Shown: in pieces, positions 59,198-64,000 of the stretch
Layout of the letters: each line of letters opens with the position of its first letter
Position numbering within the stretch: the first letter of the stretch is position 1
Origin: Chitinophagales bacterium
GTDB taxonomy: Bacteria; Bacteroidota; Bacteroidia; Chitinophagales; Chitinophagaceae
Reading direction: 5' to 3'
DNA length: 64,000 bases
Assembly (NCBI GenBank): GCA_017303415.1
Contig: JAFLBJ010000002.1
Coordinates: 1 to 64,000, forward strand
Position numbers and translations under genes: made by a program
The notes under the pieces: model-generated
The model's database searches: none
Seen by the model: the letters and a program-made list of their open reading frames with translations, nothing else
What the model was told of the DNA's origin: nothing

Positions 59198-59608
59198 TTA
59201 ATTATTGGGAGCTCCGGCATCTACCCAGGCTTTTATTTTCTGGATGGTACAGGCATTCACTTTATTACCCCCCTGTGGCATGGGGCTGAACCCTCCGCTG
59301 TAATTGATGGAACCATAAAGACTTCCATTCAAGGCGGATGTTCGAACGGCTGAATAGGTATCCAGTGCGATATTGCCTGAGGCAAAAGAAGCACTATGAC
59401 AACTTACGCACTGAGCCTGCATCAATGGGGCAACCGTATTCGAGTAGGTCACTCCGGTGGTGTCACAAGGCGTATTATTCATCTGGTAGAGCTCTGCTTC
59501 GATGTCGTAATAACAACCAGCCATGGTCATCATTCCCAGGATCCCGAGTAGGGCGACCGATTTTCTTCCGATTTTCATATTGTGATTTTTCAAGAATTCA
59601 TTGTTCAT
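59198..59608 (-). CDS. Putative c-type cytochrome lipoprotein carrying one PSCyt1-like domain
   Basis: Signal and lipobox-like ...MTMAGC. Heme motif CVSCH. Downstream PMPQ...WVDAGAPNN matches the PSCyt1 pattern (CxxCH...MPP...WIxxGA). The start may instead be Met11 at 59578. Confidence 0.65.
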   Translation of the reverse strand: MNNEFLKNHNMKIGRKSVALLGILGMMTMAGCYYDIEAELYQMNNTPCDTTGVTYSNTVAPLMQAQCVSCHSASFASGNIALDTYSAVRTSALNGSLYGSINYSGGFSPMPQGGNKVNACTIQKIKAWVDAGAPNN

Positions 59609-60328
59609 TTAATTATTTGGCGCGCCCGCATCGATCCATTTTTTAAACTGGGTAAGTTGGCAGTCGCTTAGTCCTGTACCTGCAGGAGGCATAGGGGCAA
59701 ATCCAGGATCTTTATGAATCGAACCCCATAGTTTACCATTGTCTGCCGCCGCTTTCACTCCATTATATGTACTTAGGTCAATACCACCACCTGCTGCGGA
59801 TCCCGTATGGCAATCCTGGCACTGAGCGGTGATCAATGGTTTGATTGCTCCTGAAAAGGTAAACAGGGAAGAATCACAGGCACTGCTGCAGGAATTGTTC
59901 TTGGCTCCTTGCTGAATCCATTTGGTGATCAGGTTGATCTGGTCCTGCGGCATTTTTGGATCGGGAGGCGGGGGCATCCGGTCACCAAGGTTATTGGTAA
60001 CGATCACACTCAGTAGTTTGCTTCCACCCGGATTATTGGGCTTCACGATCTTCATGATGCCCGTATAGGTGGTGAGGTTCAGCCCTTCCACATGTGAAGC
60101 GGCATCATGGCAACCACTTTTGGCGCAATTGGAAACAATTAAAGGAAGGATCTGCTGTTGGAAATAAACGGAATCGGGGCTGCAGGGTTGGGTTCCACCG
60201 GTTGTGCCACCTCCTGTACCACCACCGTCTGTCGGATTAGGGTAGAGTATCTCATGTTTACAGGCCCAAAGCGTTACGATTACAGCAATGGCCGCAACAA
60301 GAGAACGCGCAAGGTTCATCTTTCGCAT
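59609..60328 (-). CDS. Putative c-type cytochrome lipoprotein carrying two tandem PSCyt1-like domains
   Basis: Signal followed by Cys. Two CxxCH motifs (CAKSGCH and CQDCH), each followed by MPP...KWIQQGAKNN or KWIDAGAPNN. Gly/Thr-rich linker. Confidence 0.65.
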   Translation of the reverse strand: MRKMNLARSLVAAIAVIVTLWACKHEILYPNPTDGGGTGGGTTGGTQPCSPDSVYFQQQILPLIVSNCAKSGCHDAASHVEGLNLTTYTGIMKIVKPNNPGGSKLLSVIVTNNLGDRMPPPPDPKMPQDQINLITKWIQQGAKNNSCSSACDSSLFTFSGAIKPLITAQCQDCHTGSAAGGGIDLSTYNGVKAAADNGKLWGSIHKDPGFAPMPPAGTGLSDCQLTQFKKWIDAGAPNN

Positions 60329-60555
60329 AATAATTGGTTGTTTAGGTTAAAAGGGCTCTTTGGTGGAAAAGAGAATTCTTCCCAAATAGCAGCTTGGGTT
60401 GTAGATTGGTGTCCGCCGGAGTTTATGATGTAACCACTTTCCGCGTTTTTTTTCTGATTATTTTTTAAGTCAACAACCAAGCCAGATTTAGCATACAAAA
60501 ACGCCCTAAATGTCTTTTAATCCAGTGCGCTATATATGTATATGGCATGCCACTA

Positions 60556-60600
60556 AAACAAAAAAGATGCTGTTATCTTTTAGTTACAGCATCATTTTTA
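60556..60600 (-). terminator. Bidirectional rho-independent terminator downstream of metG
   Basis: 'aaaaaagatgctgttatcttttagttacagcatcattttt': an 8 bp stem flanked by an A-run and a T-run. Confidence 0.75.
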
Positions 60601-60626
60601 TCTTGATGATTAAAATAATTGAAAGC

Positions 60627-62780
60627 CTAAGAAACCCCGGAGCCGGGTTCCACTTTATTCTCTGTATGCAGAAAATGCAATTTGCCTGTTTTATCCTCTG
60701 CCATCAGGATCATTCCCTGGCTTTCGATGCCGCGCATTTTTCGCGGAGCGAGGTTGGCAACTACGGTCACTTGTTTACCAACGATCTCTTCTGGTGTAAA
60801 ATGCATCGCAATTCCTGAAACGATGGTGCGGGTCTCGGTACCCATATCCACCTGAAGTTTTAACAATTTATCTGCTTTTTCAACCTTTTCGGCAGCGATG
60901 ATGGTTCCGATACGAAGGTCCAGTTTGGCAAAATCATCATACTGGATCTCGGATTTGGCAACGGGTGCTGTTGTTTCTTTTTTCTCATCCACTTTTTTGA
61001 CTTGAATGGTTTGTGCAGGGGGAGGGGTGGAGTGGGCTTTTAACTTTTCCACTTGGGCCTTGATCTCTTCATCTTCGACCTTCCGGAATAAAAGTTCTGG
61101 TGCCCGCAGGGTGTACCCCACGCTAAGCAATTTAACGGACCCGGCGTTTTTCCAATCCAGCATCTTGTCCACCACTTTCATCATATGACACATGCGGGAG
61201 GCTGTGTTGGGCAGGAAGGGATTGATAAGTATGGCGAGATTGGCCGTTAACTGAAGACAGTAATGCAGACAGTTATCGATCAATAATTGCTGATCGGGAT
61301 TTTCACTGATCGTCTTGGCCAGGATCCAGGGTTCTTTCTTCTGCATGTATTGATTGCCCTTTCGACTCAGATCGATTACTTCAAATAGCGCTTCCCGGAA
61401 TTTATATTGTTCCAACAATCCTTCTACCCGTTCTTTGGTAGCCTTGATGTCATTTTCCAAATCTTTGTCCAGGTCATCTGCCTTTTCTGCATGATAGCGG
61501 GGTACTTTACCGCCACATAGTTTGTGCATCAATACCCAGGTACGGTTGACAAAATTGCCATAAATGCTCACCAGTTCACTGTTCACGGCATCCTGAAAAC
61601 CTTTCCAGGTAAACTCGCTGTCCTTGGTCTCCGGCGCGATCTGTGTAAGATAATATCGGAGCATATCCACACACTGGCCACCCCCGTTTTCCTTCTTTAC
61701 AAAATCCTGGATATAGTCACGCATATCGAGTTTCCAGTTGCGACTGGTGCTCATTTTATCGCCTTCCAGGTTAAGGAATTCATTGGCCGGCACATTATCC
61801 GGTAAAATATTTCCATGCAACTGAAGCATGATGGGGAATATGATGCAATGGAAAACGATATTGTCTTTTCCAATAAAGTGCACCAGTTTGGTGTCCTTAT
61901 CGTACCAATAAGGTTTCCAATCCTTCTCATTGTCGATGGCCCATTGTTTTGTCGCACTGATATACCCGATCGGGGCATCAAACCATACATACAGTACTTT
62001 CCCATCTACGGCCTCTGTTGTAGCCTCAGTTCCTGCCGAAACAGGAACGCGAATACCCCAATCAAGGTCGCGGGTTACCGCACGTGATTGCAGCCCCCCA
62101 TCGATCCAGCTTTTACATTGACCAGTCACGGTTCCACGCCAATCATCTTTATGGTCTTCAATTATCCATTGCCGTAAAAATGCCTCATGTTTTCCCAGCG
62201 GGAGATACCAATGGGTGGTTTTTTTCTTGATCGGGGGTTGGCCGCTCAGCGTGCTAACCGGATTGATCAGTTCATCGGGGCTCAGGGTGCTGCCACAATT
62301 TTCACATTGATCACCATAGGCCCGGTCGCTTCCGCAAACGGGACAGGTACCCTTAATATAGCGGTCAGCTAAAAAGGTCTTGGCCGATTCATCAAAGTAT
62401 TGTTCGGTCTCTTTGGTTTCCAGTTCTCCTCTTTCGTTCAGGTATTGGAAAAATTCCTGAGCGGTCTCATGATGGAGCGGGTCACTGGTCCGATGGTAGA
62501 TGTCAAAGGAAATGTTCAGATCGGCAAAATCTTCCTTCATCGCCTCATGGTACTTGTCAATAATGGCGCGGGGAGTAGTGCCTTCCTTCATGGCCTGGAT
62601 GGGGATGGCTGTGCCGTGTTCATCACTGCCACAGACAAAAACCACGTCCCTTTTTTGAGCCCTTAGATAGCGGACATAGATATCGGCCGGAATATAAGCC
62701 CCCGCCAGATGACCGATGTGTTTCAATCCATTGGCATAGGGCAGGGCAGAGGTAATGAGGTATCTTTTCGGAGTGTTCAT
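60627..62780 (-). CDS. metG: Methionine--tRNA ligase with a C-terminal tRNA-binding domain
   Basis: HIGH-type motif in ALPYANGLKHIGHLAG. KMSKS as KMSTS. Zn-knuckle cysteines (CPVCGS and CENCG). C-terminal EMAP-like domain. Start trimmed to MNTPKRY at 62780; the ORF-caller start lies in the repeat. Confidence 0.9.
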   Translation of the reverse strand: MNTPKRYLITSALPYANGLKHIGHLAGAYIPADIYVRYLRAQKRDVVFVCGSDEHGTAIPIQAMKEGTTPRAIIDKYHEAMKEDFADLNISFDIYHRTSDPLHHETAQEFFQYLNERGELETKETEQYFDESAKTFLADRYIKGTCPVCGSDRAYGDQCENCGSTLSPDELINPVSTLSGQPPIKKKTTHWYLPLGKHEAFLRQWIIEDHKDDWRGTVTGQCKSWIDGGLQSRAVTRDLDWGIRVPVSAGTEATTEAVDGKVLYVWFDAPIGYISATKQWAIDNEKDWKPYWYDKDTKLVHFIGKDNIVFHCIIFPIMLQLHGNILPDNVPANEFLNLEGDKMSTSRNWKLDMRDYIQDFVKKENGGGQCVDMLRYYLTQIAPETKDSEFTWKGFQDAVNSELVSIYGNFVNRTWVLMHKLCGGKVPRYHAEKADDLDKDLENDIKATKERVEGLLEQYKFREALFEVIDLSRKGNQYMQKKEPWILAKTISENPDQQLLIDNCLHYCLQLTANLAILINPFLPNTASRMCHMMKVVDKMLDWKNAGSVKLLSVGYTLRAPELLFRKVEDEEIKAQVEKLKAHSTPPPAQTIQVKKVDEKKETTAPVAKSEIQYDDFAKLDLRIGTIIAAEKVEKADKLLKLQVDMGTETRTIVSGIAMHFTPEEIVGKQVTVVANLAPRKMRGIESQGMILMAEDKTGKLHFLHTENKVEPGSGVS

Positions 62781-62817
62781 TTGCGTGGCAAAAATACGGG
62801 ATTCCCGGGAGGTGGAT

Positions 62818-63120
62818 GTTGGATGTTGGATGACGGAGGACAGATGACGGATGACGGATGTTGGATGATGGATGTTGGATGGCGGAGGCTTGCTGTGCGA
62901 GACCTCTGGTCTCGCACGCATCTCCCGTCGCCTCTGGCGACAGAAATTGATTATTTTTCTAGATTTGCAATAATTTCTTATTCGAGTCGCCAGAGGCGAC
63001 AAGACAATCGTGCGAGACCAGAGGTCTCGCACAGCAAGCCTCCGCCATCCAACATCCAACATCCGTCATCCGTCATCTTTCCTCCGTCCTCCGTCATCCA
63101 AAATCCCACATCCAACCTCC
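62818..63120. repeat. Composite palindromic element with F1 heptamer arms (GGATGTT/GGATGAC). The arms enclose nested perfect palindromes and an AT-rich core
   Basis: The arms share 'gaggcttgctgt' with the element at 36115-36300. Inner units: 'tgcgagacctctggtctcgca' and 'gtcgcctctggcgac'. A 44 bp AT-rich core lies at 62943-62986. Their reverse complements follow. Confidence 0.85.
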
Positions 63121-63125
63121 CCACT

Positions 63126-64000
63126 TCACTTCCTCCGCTGCGCAAACATCCACTTCAAATATTCCGGCTCGGCAAAAGCATTATCCCAGCTATTGTGGTT
63201 TACACCGGGGTATTCGGAGTATTTGACGGTGGCCTTAAGCGCTTTGAGTCGCTCTACCATATCGCGGGAGAGTTTGACATCCACTACGGCATCTGCCGCG
63301 CCATGAAAGACCCAGAATGGGATCTTAGCCTGTTTTTTTGAATAACTATTGGGATCGCCACCACCACAAATCGGTAAGGCAGCGGCATAGAGATCGGGGT
63401 TGCGGTAAACGGATTCAAATGTACCCATGCCGCCCATGGAAAGACCAGTGATGTAGACGCGTTTTTCATCAACCGATCCTTCTTTGATCAGCGAGCGCAC
63501 CAGCGCATTGGCTGCAGCCTGGGGCCATACCGGAGCAGAGCCATAGGCAAAATCTAACTTAATGGGTTGTTTGCTGCGATCTACATTTACGGTGCCCCAA
63601 AAGGACTCCTCAGGGCATTGGGGGAATACAACGATCGCTGGGAAGTTCTTTCTGTTTTCTTCATTCAGAAAAAGCCGGCTGCCGTGTATCAATTGTTTCT
63701 CATTGTCTTTTCCCCGCTCACCTGCTCCATGCAGGAAAAGGATCATGGGGTATTTCTTCTTTGGATCATAATTTTCCGGATATAGAATGCGATAAGGAAG
63801 CACCTGCCCTTCGGCAAACTTGAATTCTTTTCGTTCATAGGCCACCAGAGCGGGATCAAACTCTTTTTTCTTCATATAACCCATCTGGTCCATCCATTCG
63901 CCTAAGCGCTCGATCCAATGGTCAGAAGGCATGTTTTGTTTCCGCATACCAAATCCATGTCCGCCTTTGGCATACATATGGATCTCGGCGGTGTTTCCGG
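63126..64000 (-). CDS. Alpha/beta-hydrolase (esterase/peptidase S9-like). Partial: the N-terminus runs off the window
   Basis: GLSMGG nucleophile elbow. HGAAD C-terminal His region. The ORF continues to the window edge without a stop. Confidence 0.65.
   Translation of the reverse strand, partial: GNTAEIHMYAKGGHGFGMRKQNMPSDHWIERLGEWMDQMGYMKKKEFDPALVAYERKEFKFAEGQVLPYRILYPENYDPKKKYPMILFLHGAGERGKDNEKQLIHGSRLFLNEENRKNFPAIVVFPQCPEESFWGTVNVDRSKQPIKLDFAYGSAPVWPQAAANALVRSLIKEGSVDEKRVYITGLSMGGMGTFESVYRNPDLYAAALPICGGGDPNSYSKKQAKIPFWVFHGAADAVVDVKLSRDMVERLKALKATVKYSEYPGVNHNSWDNAFAEPEYLKWMFAQRRK

Noticed and set aside
62709-63341. ORFs 62709-63341 and 63010-63306, plus the 94-aa N-terminal extension of the metG ORF
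   Set aside because: Both strands give the same peptide, DVGWRRLAVRDLWSRT, because the DNA is palindromic. The true metG start is MNTPKRY at 62780.

Overview
Window annotation and hunt results. The 64 kb window looks like Bacteroidota chromosome, probably Chitinophagia or Sphingobacteriia-like, at about 48% GC. Evidence for that: a T9SS C-terminal sorting domain, a PorT-type beta-barrel protein, a short atpC, and a dcw cluster that lacks murF and ddl.

The conserved backbone includes:
- a complete division/cell-wall cluster (mraZ, rsmH, ftsL-like, ftsI, murE, mraY, murD, ftsW, murG, murC, ftsQ, ftsA, ftsZ)
- atpD and atpC
- PDH E2 and dnaX
- metG, queA, engB and ubiE/menG
- a pyrC-like amidohydrolase coupled to a truncated MutS-family ATPase
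- a fadB-like bifunctional enzyme
- a flotillin/NfeD pair
- a transglutaminase/DUF3857 pair
- an orphan sensor histidine kinase

Four things stand out beyond routine annotation.

(i) Positions 1-2270 form an AT-rich modular cassette array. Three small envelope-targeted ORFs are each followed by a conserved roughly 60-115 bp trailer (full-length copies carry a terminator), and two of the three are preceded by a conserved roughly 190 bp leader. The array is followed by a DUF4143 AAA+ ATPase and resembles an integron-like or recombinase-associated orphan-immunity (rAID-like) locus.

(ii) At least three families of hairpin-forming tandem short-repeat elements (7-8 bp units, plus one 14-mer unit) sit in intergenic regions next to essential genes. 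The units are GATGACR/GATGTTG, CGTGAGR/GTGAATR and GTCSGAAG. One element supplies the queA stop codon. Another carries a nested composite palindrome inserted into its loop upstream of metG.

(iii) dnaX contains an A10 run at the tau/gamma boundary, with near-immediate stops in both shifted frames.

(iv) A five-gene envelope operon links two PSCyt1-type c-type cytochrome lipoproteins to YceI, an OB-fold protein and a beta-barrel protein.

Many ORF-caller entries are shadow ORFs or repeat-translation artifacts; they are listed under rejected items.
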